Counted from the first letter of the stretch, positions 36,976 to 47,801 are shown. The stretch is DNA of 64,000 nucleotides from Thermodesulfobacteriota bacterium (GCA_036834365.1 DAITOA010000014.1:6825-70824); one strand, 5' to 3'. Notes: generated from the letters alone by a model not told the origin. Program-made: numbers and translations.

Positions 36976-37311
36976 ATGAGTACCGAGAAAGGATACTGCA
37001 TGGCCCTGTGCTCGTGCCCTGACGACGGTCATGCCGAAAAACTGGCCGGATCGCTGGTGGAAAACAGATTGGCCGCCTGTGTCCAGATCACCCCGATCAA
37101 GAGCTGCTATGAATGGAAGGGAAAAATCTGTCACGAGGAGGAACGGCTCCTCATCATCAAGACAAGGACATCGCTCTACGGGAAACTCGAGGACTTCATC
37201 ACCAGGAATCATCCCTATGAAGTCCCTGAGATCGTGAGATTCGATATAGCCGGCGGGCTTGAGGGGTACCTTGCCTGGATCGACGGAGTGACCGGAAAAC
37301 TACCTTTGTGA
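36976..37311 (+). CDS. cutA: Divalent-cation tolerance protein CutA
   Basis: LVENRLAACVQ, YEWKGKI, HPYEVPEI, YLAWI. Confidence 0.93.
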   Translation: MSTEKGYCMALCSCPDDGHAEKLAGSLVENRLAACVQITPIKSCYEWKGKICHEEERLLIIKTRTSLYGKLEDFITRNHPYEVPEIVRFDIAGGLEGYLAWIDGVTGKLPL

Positions 37312-37324
37312 AGCGGAGGCTTGC

Positions 37325-37720
37325 ATGAACCATGTTCATCATGTTCATCTCTTCGCCTCGGATCTCGAGAAAAGCATCGCATTCTATCGTGAAGGATTCG
37401 GCGGCGCGGTGATCCTCGATATGGACCTGGCAGGCGCCAGGAACGTATTCATGAGGATCGGCACCGGGAGGATCCATTTCTATGACCAGCCCCCTTCCAA
37501 TCCGGGCAGGGGAAGCATCCATCACTTCGGCATCCAGACTGATGACATCGAAAGGGTCGTGGCACGGCTTAAAGGCATGGGTGTCTCTTTTTCCAAGGAT
37601 ATCACCGACCTCGGGGTATGGAAATACATCATGGTCCCGGCCCCGGACGAGGTAATCATTGAACTTTTCCAGGTAGACAAAGGGGCGATCCCTGCGGAGT
37701 ACAGCAGCTACTTCGATTAA
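37325..37720 (+). CDS. VOC/glyoxalase family protein
   Basis: HHVHLFASDLEKSIAFY, IHHFGIQTDD, PDEVIIELFQ. Confidence 0.88.
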   Translation: MNHVHHVHLFASDLEKSIAFYREGFGGAVILDMDLAGARNVFMRIGTGRIHFYDQPPSNPGRGSIHHFGIQTDDIERVVARLKGMGVSFSKDITDLGVWKYIMVPAPDEVIIELFQVDKGAIPAEYSSYFD

Positions 37721-37866
37721 GCTGCCGGCTGAGTCCGGAGACCGCCGACAACAGGCATCGGGACATGCTTTGTTCATTGACACACCTGCATGGTTTCCGT
37801 ATCGTTGTGACATGATTCGTGCGGGCACCGCACATGATGCAGTGAATTCTTCTTCCAGGGGAGAAC

Positions 37867-38616
37867 ATGATCATCAGCTTTGTCCAGACAAAGGGCGGAA
37901 CCGGTAAAAGCACACTTGCACTGAACACGGCTTTCTCCAACCACATGAACTCTGCCTACGGATCCGTAGCCCTCGTGGAGCTCGACCCCCAGGGGACCCT
38001 GAGATCATGGTGGGATGAGAGATCCGAGCTCGGCAGGGACTCCGGCAGGGTATCGTTCCATCACATATCCAGCACCCAGAAGGAGGTCTTTGCAGACGGC
38101 ATCAGGTCAATTGCCGCACACAACGACCTGATCATCATGGACATCCCCGGGGAAAGCACGGGCAAGCTCCATACCCGCTTCGCGTGCGCCGTATCGGACC
38201 TCGTCATCATACCGATGAGGACTTCCACCAATGACGAGGCGGCATTTGCAGACAACCTCTACCCCATCATCAAGGAGATCATCAAGATCGATCCCGCGAA
38301 GAAGAGATGCTTCCATGTCCTGCCTTCCTTTACACACCCCAAGGCCAACATCGACACCATCGTGGGATATTTCACCGACATCCTGCCACCCCTTGTAGGC
38401 TGTCTGAGGGCGATCTATCCGGACAGGTCCGTGTACGAGAATTTCAATCGTGACGGCACCACACTGGAAGAGTATGCGCATTCCGTCAGAGACAATAAAA
38501 GGAATCTCAAGCAGGCCGTCTCTGCAGCAGGCGATGTGGAGAGGATAGCTGAAACCATAACTCAGATGCTGGAGAAGAAACATGTCACTGCCCAAAAAGA
38601 GAAAAAAGCTCTTTGA
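37867..38616 (+). CDS. ParA/MinD family ATPase (orphan, small ParA type)
   Basis: Deviant Walker A TKGGTGKST, ELDPQGT..SW, Walker B IMDIPG, DLVIIP. Confidence 0.9.
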   Translation: MIISFVQTKGGTGKSTLALNTAFSNHMNSAYGSVALVELDPQGTLRSWWDERSELGRDSGRVSFHHISSTQKEVFADGIRSIAAHNDLIIMDIPGESTGKLHTRFACAVSDLVIIPMRTSTNDEAAFADNLYPIIKEIIKIDPAKKRCFHVLPSFTHPKANIDTIVGYFTDILPPLVGCLRAIYPDRSVYENFNRDGTTLEEYAHSVRDNKRNLKQAVSAAGDVERIAETITQMLEKKHVTAQKEKKAL

Positions 38617-39016
38617 AAGCCAGTCCCCGGGCAACGGGATACACGGCGGCAAAAAGAGGGACGTGGCCCCTGAGCAGTCTCTGCAGCATGCACCGGCCAG
38701 GGCAGCGCAGATGGAGAGGGCCTTCGAGATTGTTGATCACATAGAGCATGTCCATGGAAGTCCCGACAGGCCGAATACCCGGTCCGGAGCCGTCCAAACG
38801 GACCACCCTGCCCTGTCTGACCTAAAAGGAATACGACTGAGGGTCTCCCTCGGATCGGAAGCCCGGGATGAACATGGTCTGCAGGATGGATCGAAGGACA
38901 CGGCTCCACCGGTGATCGAGGTGAAGATTCCGATCCCATCCTTCTTCTGGAAGGTCCCCGTACTGGGTGGAGCAGCCCGAAGCCTCATCAGAAAGCTTTC
39001 GAAAAAACAGGCCTGA
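38582..39016 (+). CDS. Hypothetical ParA-associated protein
   Basis: GGAG RBS and 35-nt overlap with the parA 3' end; basic N-terminus KKRKK; low-complexity middle; hydrophobic/amphipathic C-terminus. Confidence 0.55.
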   Translation: MSLPKKRKKLFESQSPGNGIHGGKKRDVAPEQSLQHAPARAAQMERAFEIVDHIEHVHGSPDRPNTRSGAVQTDHPALSDLKGIRLRVSLGSEARDEHGLQDGSKDTAPPVIEVKIPIPSFFWKVPVLGGAARSLIRKLSKKQA

Positions 39017-39156
39017 GAAGACCTCTCCTGTTAAGAAGTGTCCCGTGTTGACCGAAGGGGTGAACATGCACCCTCCGGACAGGAGTGAGACCCCATTGAG
39101 TTTTCACCTGGGAATTGTTATAAGACCCAGACACTGAATCCTCACAAAGCGAGCCC

Positions 39157-41274
39157 ATGAACAGGAAGACACGATACATACGCATCATTGCCATTGTCAT
39201 TGCATGGTTCATTGCAGCATCCTCCATCAATACTCCCCTTGCGGCATCAGCATCCCTGAATCCGGCGGACTATGCAAAAAACATCACGCCATTGGCGGAA
39301 CACAGCCGGGTGGCCGTCGAGATCGTCAGGGACCTGAAGAGAAATCATTATCGGAAGGTCTCCATCGACAATGCCCTCTCGACCAAGGTGTTCGACCGCT
39401 TATTGGAGGACATCGACTCATCGCATGCCTACTTCCTTGCGTCCGACATCAGGGAGTTCGAGCCGTATCGATACCGTTTGGATGATGGGTTCCTCAAGGG
39501 CGACATGTCCCCTGCCTTCAGGATCTTCAACCGGTACCAGGAGAGACTCGCCCAGAGGCTTCTTTTCATCATCAACCTCACCGACAGCGGCCTCAAGACT
39601 CTGAACCTGGATAAGGAAGAATACTTCGAGACCGATCGCGAGCACGCCCCATGGCCGGCTTCACGTTCCGAACTCGAAGATCTGTGGCTCAAGGCGCTGA
39701 AGAATGAGGTGATCAACATGCGTCTCGAGGGCAAACAGATGGACGAGATCGCCAAAGACCTGTCCAAACGGTACTGGAACCAGCTCAAACGCCTCCGCCA
39801 GAACACCAGCGAAGATGTGTTCCAGCTTTCCGTTAACGCCTTGAACGAATGCTACGATCCCCACACTTCGTACTTCTCCCCCCGGTCATCCGAAAACTTC
39901 AACATCAACATGAGCCTCTCCCTGGAAGGTATCGGTGCCATGCTCACTGCGGACAACGAATATACCAAGGTGGTTCACCTGGTCCCGGGAGGCCCTGCCG
40001 ACAAGTCCAACCTCATCAAGACCAACGACCGTATCATCGGCGTGGGTCAGGGCGCCGATGGAGAGATCGTCGACGTGGTAGGATGGCGTCTTGACGACGT
40101 GGTGGCCCTCATCCGAGGTCCGAAGAACACCTTGGTCAGGCTGAAGATCATCCCGGCCTCTGCTAGCGATGAGCACCAGACCAAGGTCATCAAGCTGGTT
40201 CGGAGCACGGTCCGGCTGGAGGACCAGGCTGCCGGAAAAGATCTCATCGAGATCAAACGGGGTGACCGGACGTACAGGATCGGGGTCATTCATATCCCCA
40301 CCTTTTACCTCGATATCAAGGCCATGCAGTTGAATGCAAACAATTACAAGAGCACAACGAGGGATGTGAAGCGTATCCTGGAGGAATTTTCGGAACAGAA
40401 GGTGGACGGGGTGGTCATTGACCTGAGGGACAACGGGGGAGGACTGCTCCATGAGGCAAACACCCTGACCGGCCTGTTCATCAAGAGCGGCCCGACCGTA
40501 CAGATCCGTTCTGCGGAAGGTGACATAGAAACCTTGTACGACCGTGACCCGTCCATAGCCTACACAGGACCCCTTGCCGTAATCATAAGCAGACTGAGCG
40601 CTTCCGCATCCGAGATATTCGCAGGCGCCATACAGGACTATGGCAGGGGTATCATCATCGGAGAAAACAGCTTCGGCAAGGGCACAGTCCAGACACTGCT
40701 CTCCCTGTCCAGGGGACAGCTCAAGGTCACCACATCGAAGTTTTACCGCATATCAGGCGAAAGCACCCAGCACCGCGGGATAATCCCGGACCTTGACTAT
40801 CCGAGCATGTATGACAGGAAGGGCATAGGAGAAAGCACCCTCAAGGAAGCTCTGCCATGGGACGTCATCGGCTCGGTGCCACATTTCACCTTCGGCGACC
40901 TCTCCCCGTACAAGCCTCAACTCAAGGCCCTGTACAAGGCACGTATACAGAAGGATCCGGATTATACATACACCCTCGCCATGAACGATTACCTGGAAGA
41001 CGCCAGGGCAAAGACCAAGGTATCCCTGAGGCTATCCACGCGGATCAAGGAAAAGCAGAAGGCCGAGGAAGAAAGGCTGACCCTCGAAAACAGGCTCAGA
41101 AAGGCCAAGGGGGAGAAACCCGTAACATCCGTGGACGATCTGGACGAGGACAAGGAAGATCCCGATGCCCCGCGGACAAAACCGGCCAAGGACGACGCCG
41201 AACTGGTCGAAGGCGGGAACGTCCTGGTGGATTATATCACCATCAAGGGCAGGGCCGGGAGTGCTGGGCAGTGA
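39157..41274 (+). CDS. prc: Carboxy-terminal processing (tail-specific) protease, S41 family
   Basis: YDPHTSYFSP, LEGIGA, PDZ (GGPADK), DLRDNGGG, SASASEIFAGAIQDYGR, GKGTVQ. Confidence 0.95.
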   Translation: MNRKTRYIRIIAIVIAWFIAASSINTPLAASASLNPADYAKNITPLAEHSRVAVEIVRDLKRNHYRKVSIDNALSTKVFDRLLEDIDSSHAYFLASDIREFEPYRYRLDDGFLKGDMSPAFRIFNRYQERLAQRLLFIINLTDSGLKTLNLDKEEYFETDREHAPWPASRSELEDLWLKALKNEVINMRLEGKQMDEIAKDLSKRYWNQLKRLRQNTSEDVFQLSVNALNECYDPHTSYFSPRSSENFNINMSLSLEGIGAMLTADNEYTKVVHLVPGGPADKSNLIKTNDRIIGVGQGADGEIVDVVGWRLDDVVALIRGPKNTLVRLKIIPASASDEHQTKVIKLVRSTVRLEDQAAGKDLIEIKRGDRTYRIGVIHIPTFYLDIKAMQLNANNYKSTTRDVKRILEEFSEQKVDGVVIDLRDNGGGLLHEANTLTGLFIKSGPTVQIRSAEGDIETLYDRDPSIAYTGPLAVIISRLSASASEIFAGAIQDYGRGIIIGENSFGKGTVQTLLSLSRGQLKVTTSKFYRISGESTQHRGIIPDLDYPSMYDRKGIGESTLKEALPWDVIGSVPHFTFGDLSPYKPQLKALYKARIQKDPDYTYTLAMNDYLEDARAKTKVSLRLSTRIKEKQKAEEERLTLENRLRKAKGEKPVTSVDDLDEDKEDPDAPRTKPAKDDAELVEGGNVLVDYITIKGRAGSAGQ

Positions 41275-41298
41275 AGAATCCTCTCTGGAAGGTGTGAC

Positions 41299-42306
41299 AT
41301 GAGAATTCTGGTGACAGGAGGGGCAGGATATATAGGCAGCCATACCTGCGTGGAGCTTCTCGATGCAGGCCATGAGGTCATGGTTGTGGACAACCTCATG
41401 AACTCCAAGGAGGAGTCACTCCGCAGGGTGCAGGAGATTACCGGCAGGCCTGTCTTTTTTCACCGGGCAGACCTCCTCGACCGTGCAACCCTCAAAGACA
41501 TCTTCGCCTCCGATCATATCGATGCCGTGATCCACTTCGCTGGCCTGAAGGCCGTAGGAGAATCGGTCCGGATCCCCCTCAGGTACTACCTTAACAATAT
41601 CACCAGCACGATCGTGCTCTGCGAGGTCATGGCCGAGCATGCAGTGAAGAACATCGTCTTCAGCTCCTCCGCAACGGTCTACGGCGACCCGGCATCGGTG
41701 CCCATCAGGGAGGATTTTCCCCTGGGTCCCACGAACCCCTATGGTCGCACCAAATGGATGATCGAGGAGATCCTGAAGGACCTTCATTCCTCGGATCCGT
41801 CATGGAACATCGTGCTCCTGCGTTACTTCAACCCCATCGGGGCGCACGGGAGCGGCCGCATCGGAGAGGACCCTCAGGGCATCCCCAACAACCTGCTCCC
41901 GTTCATCTCCCAGGTCGCCGTGGGAAGGCTGTCGGAGCTCCAGATCTTCGGAAACGACTACCCGACACCGGACGGTACGGGGGTCCGCGATTATATCCAT
42001 GTCGTGGATCTCGCCAAGGGTCATCTCTCGGCCATCGAGAGGAGTTCGGAAGGAGGAGGTGTATCCGTCTACAACCTGGGTACCGGCCGAGGCTACAGCG
42101 TCCTCGAGGTCGTTGAGGCATTCGAACGTGCATCCGGCAGGAAGGTCCCCTACCGCATCGTCGGCAGGAGGGAGGGGGATATAGCCGTATGTTATGCCGA
42201 TCCTTCCAAGGCGAACCATGACCTCGGGTGGAAGGCCGTCCATGGGATCGATATGATGTGTTCCGACACATGGAGATGGCAGTCAGGCAATCCCCAGGGG
42301 TATTGA
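41299..42306 (+). CDS. galE: UDP-glucose 4-epimerase
   Basis: [54 protein letters not shown]. Confidence 0.97.
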   Translation: MRILVTGGAGYIGSHTCVELLDAGHEVMVVDNLMNSKEESLRRVQEITGRPVFFHRADLLDRATLKDIFASDHIDAVIHFAGLKAVGESVRIPLRYYLNNITSTIVLCEVMAEHAVKNIVFSSSATVYGDPASVPIREDFPLGPTNPYGRTKWMIEEILKDLHSSDPSWNIVLLRYFNPIGAHGSGRIGEDPQGIPNNLLPFISQVAVGRLSELQIFGNDYPTPDGTGVRDYIHVVDLAKGHLSAIERSSEGGGVSVYNLGTGRGYSVLEVVEAFERASGRKVPYRIVGRREGDIAVCYADPSKANHDLGWKAVHGIDMMCSDTWRWQSGNPQGY

Positions 42307-42319
42307 TCCATCGCTTCCC

Positions 42320-42670
42320 ATGGGATTCATGAGAGATATCCTCAGGAACGGCAGAGACAAGGCCTTCGCTGCCGCAATCAGGATACTGGCCGAAGAGCAT
42401 GTCCGGAAGTACGGCCTTCTGAAGAGCCTCGAGATCAACTCGTCGCAAGGATCCATGGAAGCGGAGATTCTCCTCCATGGAGAGACAGAGCCTGTCACCT
42501 TCAAGATCGATCGGTTCGAGATCATCACTACAGACGGGGAGCACAGGATATGTGCGCACGGCGTCAGTGTCTCCCGTATTTGGATGGACACCCTGGCCAG
42601 GGATTTCCTCGAAGGCCGGGCCGTCAGGGTCCCTTCTTCTGCCGCGCATGCATTGACAGTACTCCTTTGA
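42320..42670 (+). CDS. Hypothetical protein
   Basis: Fills the gap after galE with host-like codon usage; no recognised motif. Confidence 0.65.
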   Translation: MGFMRDILRNGRDKAFAAAIRILAEEHVRKYGLLKSLEINSSQGSMEAEILLHGETEPVTFKIDRFEIITTDGEHRICAHGVSVSRIWMDTLARDFLEGRAVRVPSSAAHALTVLL

Positions 42671-42749
42671 AGCGATTCTTGCAATTTATCGGGATCTTTA
42701 ATAGGGTTGGTGCCGTACCGGTTATTCCATGCGGGAGGATGCTGCTGGC

Positions 42750-43640
42750 ATGCTGTTGAAAGATATCCTGAGCTGTACACCTACAACCTTCAGCTTCGAG
42801 TTCTTCCCCCCCAAGACCGATGCGGCCTGGGAACATCTGTTTCACACCATCGCCGACCTCATGCCGCTCAGGCCGTCATGGGTCAGTGTGACCTACGGAG
42901 CCGGTGGCTCCACCCGTGAGAACACACATCGGCTTGTGGTGAGGCTCAACAAACAGACCGACCTCACGGTGGTGTCCCACCTCACCTGCGTGGAATCCAC
43001 AAGAGAGGATATCCACACGATCCTTGACCGTTATGCAGCCAGCGGCATCGAGAACATCCTGGCTCTGCGGGGTGATCCTCCCGCAGGACAAGGCGGGTGG
43101 TGCGCGCCTACCGACGGATTCCATTATGCCATGGACCTGGTCTCCTTCATCAAGTCTCACTTTCCGCGCATGAGCATAGGGGTCGCGGGGTTCCCCGAAG
43201 GCCATCCCGAGACACCGAACCGCCTCAAGGAAATAGACCATCTCAAGGCAAAAATCGACGCCGGGGCGGACTACATCATCACCCAACTCTTCTTCGAAAA
43301 CAGGGATTACTATGATTTCTGCGAGCGTTGTGAGCTTGCCGGCATCAATGTTCCCATCATTGCCGGTATCATGCCCATCATCACGAAGAGTGGCATGATC
43401 CGCATGGCCGAACTGGCGGCCGGATCGCGTTTCCCGGCAGGACTGCTGCGCGCAGTGAACAGTGCGCAGACCCCGCAAGACATCGAGAAGATAGGGGTGG
43501 AATGGGCGATGAAGCAGGTTCGTGATCTCCTTGACAACAAAGCGAGGGGCGTTCATTTCTATACACTCAACAACGCCAGGGCCACGCTGAGGATCTATGA
43601 AGGCCTGGGCATCTCTGGCTCGTGCAGCACAGGGTCCTGA
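42750..43640 (+). CDS. metF: 5,10-methylenetetrahydrofolate reductase
   Basis: SFEFFPPK, SVTYGAGG, HLTC, LALRGDPP, FPEGHPE, ITQLFF, HFYTLN. Confidence 0.96.
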   Translation: MLLKDILSCTPTTFSFEFFPPKTDAAWEHLFHTIADLMPLRPSWVSVTYGAGGSTRENTHRLVVRLNKQTDLTVVSHLTCVESTREDIHTILDRYAASGIENILALRGDPPAGQGGWCAPTDGFHYAMDLVSFIKSHFPRMSIGVAGFPEGHPETPNRLKEIDHLKAKIDAGADYIITQLFFENRDYYDFCERCELAGINVPIIAGIMPIITKSGMIRMAELAAGSRFPAGLLRAVNSAQTPQDIEKIGVEWAMKQVRDLLDNKARGVHFYTLNNARATLRIYEGLGISGSCSTGS

Positions 43641-43651
43641 CCGACCCATTC

Positions 43652-44008
43652 ATGCACCCGGCCATGGAGCGAAAGAAAGAGACCCTCGATCCCGTCGCCG
43701 TGAACGATGGTCGAGATCCCAGAGATGGGGACGAAATCGGTGAAGAATTCCATGAGCTTGTCGTGGACGGTGTCCTGGACCTCCATATGTTCCGCCCCGG
43801 AGACATCAAGCTCCTGATCCCCGACTACCTGGAGGAATGCCGGGAGAAGGGGATCCTATCGGTCCGGATCATCCACGGCAAGGGCACCGGGACGCTGAGA
43901 AGAACGGTACATTCGATCCTTGAACGCCTCCCTTGGGTGGTATCTTTCGGGCTTGCCTCCGAATGGGAGGGGGGATGGGGGGCAACGGTCGTAATTCTGA
44001 AACCATGA
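43652..44008 (+). CDS. Smr/MutS2 domain protein
   Basis: LDLHMF, RIIHGKGTGTLR, GGWGATVV; start uncertain (43652 or 43664). Confidence 0.88.
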   Translation: MHPAMERKKETLDPVAVNDGRDPRDGDEIGEEFHELVVDGVLDLHMFRPGDIKLLIPDYLEECREKGILSVRIIHGKGTGTLRRTVHSILERLPWVVSFGLASEWEGGWGATVVILKP

Positions 44009-44040
44009 CGGCACGGTCCCCGGAAGAGGATGATTCCTTC

Positions 44041-44070
44041 TTGATCCCGTCCCGGGAAAAGGGGTAGTAT
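44041..44070 (+). promoter_or_regulatory. sigma70-type promoter
   Basis: TTGATC (44041-44046), 18 nt, TAGTAT (44065-44070). Confidence 0.45.
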
Positions 44071-44114
44071 CTATAGGGTGAAGTAAATCTTATTTATAAC
44101 AAGAGGAGGGTACT

Positions 44115-44678
44115 ATGGATCTGAGAAAAGCATTTGTCCTTGTGTTTGCAATGTTCTTCCTGGCTTCTTCGGCATTCGCGCTGGATGCGGCGGGCGTCGC
44201 TCTGCCCGACACCCTGAAGGCTGGGGACCAGGATCTCGTGGGCAACGGAGGCGGAAAACGCACCAAGTTCGGACTGAAGGTGTATGTGGCGGCCCTCTAC
44301 CTCAAGCAGAAGAGCGGCGACGCCAACGCGATCATCAATGCAGACGAGCCCATGGCCATAAGGCTGCAGGTTACATCCGGCCTGGTAACTCCTGAGAAAA
44401 TGAAAGCGGCCATAGACGAAGGCTTCGAGAATGCCACCGGGGGCAACGTCGCACCTATCCAGGCAAAGATCGACGCATTCACCGCCAATTTCAAGAACCT
44501 AGCGAACGGCGATGTGTATGACTTCATCTATGTTCCCGGTACCGGTACGGAGATCTACAAGGCAGGCAAGCTTTCCTCCACGATCCAGGGGCTTGACTTC
44601 AAGAAGGGCCTCTTCGGCATCTGGCTCTGTGACAAGCCGGCACAGAAGGATCTGAAGGAAAAGATGCTCGGCAAGTAA
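44115..44678 (+). CDS. Chalcone-isomerase-like fold exported protein
   Basis: Signal peptide ending AFA; LVGNGGGKRTKFGLKVYVAALYL, FKKGLFGIWL..KPAQKDLKEKMLG. Confidence 0.88.
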   Translation: MDLRKAFVLVFAMFFLASSAFALDAAGVALPDTLKAGDQDLVGNGGGKRTKFGLKVYVAALYLKQKSGDANAIINADEPMAIRLQVTSGLVTPEKMKAAIDEGFENATGGNVAPIQAKIDAFTANFKNLANGDVYDFIYVPGTGTEIYKAGKLSSTIQGLDFKKGLFGIWLCDKPAQKDLKEKMLGK

Positions 44679-44697
44679 CCCGTTTCCTTGAAACCTC

Positions 44698-44738
44698 GGG
44701 GCCTGTGTGTCGTTATCCGACCACAGGCCCCTCTTCTC
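44698..44738 (+). terminator. Rho-independent terminator
   Basis: GGGGCCTGTG (44698-44707) and CACAGGCCCC (44722-44731) followed by TCTTCTC. Confidence 0.7.
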
Positions 44739-44915
44739 TCCGGAGACCGGCCTTACATGGGCGCATGAGGAGAAATATCCTTTGATGACAGCCTTTGCAG
44801 CCCTTTCCCTGTACCCTTTGTTCTCCCATGATCGACACCTTAAGTCGCCCGGGGCGAATGACGAACAGTGTGCCATGCTGACAACACGATGCCTACCCCG
44901 GCCCGGTGAGATGAA

Positions 44916-45986
44916 ATGAAACAGATCCTTCGGAGATGGGCAAAGTACTACTTTTCTGACCCCCAGGTCATGATACTCATCATCCTGCTCCTGGCGGGAT
45001 TCATCCTCATCATCGCCTTCGGCAGGATGCTCATACCGGTGTTCGTCTCGATCATCGTCGCACTGCTTCTGGACAGTGTCATTACATGGCTTGCACGGTT
45101 CAATGTGCGAAGGAATGTGGCAGTCTACCTGGTATTCATCCTCTTCATGATCCTTTCCCTGGACCTGTTGATCATCCTGCTCCCTCTCACCTCTCACCAG
45201 GTGGGCCAGCTCGTTGAGGACCTTCCCGGAATGATCGCCATGGTTAAGGCGGAGCTTCTCCTGCTGCCCCAAAAATATCCCGGGATCATCTCTGAACAAC
45301 GGGTCACCCAGTTCCTGTCCGTCCTCAGCTCGGAGTTCAACAGCTTCGGGAAAGATATCATCAAGATCTCCGTCTCTTCGGTTCGGGGACTGGTCGAGAT
45401 CCTCGTCTATATGATCCTCGTACCATTCCTGGTCTTCTTCCTCCTGAAGGACAAGGAGACCATCCTCAGCTGGTTGAGGAAGTTCATGCCCGAGGAACGG
45501 GGGCTGGCTGTCCTGGTTTGGAACGAGGTCTATGACCAGTTCTTCAACTACCTCAGGGGAAAGGTCCTGGAGATCCTCTTAGTCTGGGCCATCAACTACG
45601 CTGCCTTTGCTTTCCTCGGACTCAAATATTCCGTCATTCTCTCCATGTTCGTCGGCATAGCGGTCCTGGTTCCGTACATCGGTTCGACCGTGATGTTCGT
45701 GCCGGTGGTACTCATTGCGTTCTTCCAGTGGGGCTTCGGCGCAAAAACGATCACCGTCATGTTCGCATATGCGTTCATGCATGCCCTGGACGGTAACATC
45801 ATCGCACCTCTCCTCCTCTCAAAGGTGGTGAAAATCCATCCCATCGCCATCATTATCGCCATTCTCATCTTCGGCGGGATATGGGGCTTTTGGGGCCTCG
45901 TCTTTGCGATCCCCCTCGCAACGCTACTCCATGCCGTGCTCAAGGCGTGGGTAAGCACTGCCGCATCTCTGGAGCAGTCCTCCTGA
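44916..45986 (+). CDS. AI-2E (PerM) family transporter
   Basis: Multiple TM segments; YLRGKVLE, LVPYIG, LDGNIIAP, IHPIAIIIAILIFGGIWGFWGLVFAIP. Confidence 0.93.
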   Translation: MKQILRRWAKYYFSDPQVMILIILLLAGFILIIAFGRMLIPVFVSIIVALLLDSVITWLARFNVRRNVAVYLVFILFMILSLDLLIILLPLTSHQVGQLVEDLPGMIAMVKAELLLLPQKYPGIISEQRVTQFLSVLSSEFNSFGKDIIKISVSSVRGLVEILVYMILVPFLVFFLLKDKETILSWLRKFMPEERGLAVLVWNEVYDQFFNYLRGKVLEILLVWAINYAAFAFLGLKYSVILSMFVGIAVLVPYIGSTVMFVPVVLIAFFQWGFGAKTITVMFAYAFMHALDGNIIAPLLLSKVVKIHPIAIIIAILIFGGIWGFWGLVFAIPLATLLHAVLKAWVSTAASLEQSS

Positions 45987-46196
45987 TTATCTCGCTGAAG
46001 AACGGCCTTTCTGATAAGACAGCATCGTCCTCCCGAGCCATATCATCCAGGGAAACGGCTCTCGCCTATGGTTCGATTCATGGAATTACGCTTTCTTTCC
46101 GATAGGGAAAAGGGGCATGATAAATTGTGTTTTTATAGGGTTAGCATGATCATGAACGAGAAGAAATATTTCCTGTATGGTGGTTGATCCGGCTAT

Positions 46197-47645
46197 ATGA
46201 GCGGCAGTATCGGCCTCCCCAAAGGGATTCATATTCTTGTTGCTGATGCCAGCGCAGTGGTGCGCAGCATTCTGTCCAGCGAGCTCGAGAAGACGGGTGC
46301 CGTTCTCTCCCTTGCCGGGCACGGTGAACAGGCCTTTGAGCTGGCGGTATCGGGTGATTTCGATCTGGTGATTGCCGATGCGGACCTTCCCGGAATCAGC
46401 GGCATTGATCTATGCAGAAGACTCAAGACGAATCATCGCACCCAGCAGGTCCCCATTGTCATCCTGGACTCTCAGAACACGGAAGAGGCCATCAAGAACG
46501 TATATCATGCCGGTGCCGCGGCCTGCATCTCCAAGACACAACCGAAGGAAGCCCTGCTGGACGACGTCGCTCACATCCTTGAAAAGGCGACGTTCCAGAA
46601 GGGTCGCCTGATCCTTGTCGTTGACGACTCCCTCACCGTGCGCTCCCTTGTCGGCAAGAGCCTGAAGGAAGTCGGCTTCACGGTCATCCAGGCGGAAAAC
46701 GGCAGAACAGCCATGGACCTGCTGAGGCACAACAAACCGGACCTCATCCTCAGCGACATCGACATGCCTGAGATGAACGGCGAGGCCTTCTGTCAGGCGG
46801 TTCACGCAGACCCTGTGCTGGCAACGATCCCCTTTGTCGTGATGAGCGCCAATAACCAGCGACCCATCATGAGACGTATGCTCCAACTGGGGGCTGACTC
46901 CTATCTGGTGAAGCCCTTCAATGTCGAGCAGCTCGTGATCACCGTGGAAAAGCTGCTCTCGGACCAGCTGCTGCTGCTCCATAAGGAAAAAGAGCGTCTC
47001 GAAATCGAACAGAGACTCATCCTGGCAAGCATTACGAGTCTGTGCAACGCACTGGAAGCCCGTGATGCCTATACCAGGGGTCATTCTGAAGCGGTCTCGG
47101 ATATAGCGAGCAGGATCGCCATCCAGATGGGCATCTCCAAGGAAGAGATCGAGCTCATCCGCCTGGGCGGAAAGCTGCACGATCTCGGCAAGATCGGCGT
47201 CATCGACAGCGTCCTGTTGAAGCCTGGCAAGCTCTCCGATGAAGAATTCGCCATCATCAAGCGGCATCCCGTGATCGGCGGTGAGATCCTTCGACCCGTC
47301 CCCTCCATGGCCCCGATCCTTCCCATCGTCTTGTACCACCATGAACGCATCGACGGGAAAGGATATCCCGAGGGGCTCAGGGGGTCATCCATCCCCCTTT
47401 GGGCAAGGATCACCGCAGTGGGAGACACTTATCATGCCCTGACCAGCGACCGCCCCTACCGCAAGGGCATGCCCAAGGACAAGGCCATCGAGATTATCCA
47501 GCAGGCAAGCGGCACCCAGCTCTGTCCCGACTGTGTGGAGGTCTTCATCACCATGGAACTCTGGGACAGGCCGTCATCCCCACCAAGAGACGAATCGCCG
47601 TCCGCCGGTGACGACCTCCCGGCAAGGTCCGTCACCGGGTCCTGA
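46197..47645 (+). CDS. Dual-receiver HD-GYP cyclic-dinucleotide phosphodiesterase
   Basis: Two REC domains, then ARDAYTRGHS, LHDLGKIG, HHERIDGKGYP, RPYRKG. Confidence 0.93.
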   Translation: MSGSIGLPKGIHILVADASAVVRSILSSELEKTGAVLSLAGHGEQAFELAVSGDFDLVIADADLPGISGIDLCRRLKTNHRTQQVPIVILDSQNTEEAIKNVYHAGAAACISKTQPKEALLDDVAHILEKATFQKGRLILVVDDSLTVRSLVGKSLKEVGFTVIQAENGRTAMDLLRHNKPDLILSDIDMPEMNGEAFCQAVHADPVLATIPFVVMSANNQRPIMRRMLQLGADSYLVKPFNVEQLVITVEKLLSDQLLLLHKEKERLEIEQRLILASITSLCNALEARDAYTRGHSEAVSDIASRIAIQMGISKEEIELIRLGGKLHDLGKIGVIDSVLLKPGKLSDEEFAIIKRHPVIGGEILRPVPSMAPILPIVLYHHERIDGKGYPEGLRGSSIPLWARITAVGDTYHALTSDRPYRKGMPKDKAIEIIQQASGTQLCPDCVEVFITMELWDRPSSPPRDESPSAGDDLPARSVTGS

Positions 47646-47801
47646 AGAAAGTCCCGGGAAAGCCGGGAGACCAGGCTCCCATGGAAGATTTGCCTCAAGA
47701 ATTGCATTGCATTCGCCCGATCTTTTGTTTATGTATCCGTACAAGCAGCCCTAAATCGGCTTATACAGCGATCATTCGGGGCCACAGGGGATAAGAGAAC
47801 C

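Noticed and set aside
37867-39016. Definite McdAB/microcompartment or plasmid partition call
   Set aside because: No shell-protein, replicon or parS-like repeat was seen, and the partner's Trp is not at the extreme C-terminus. Kept only as an analogy.
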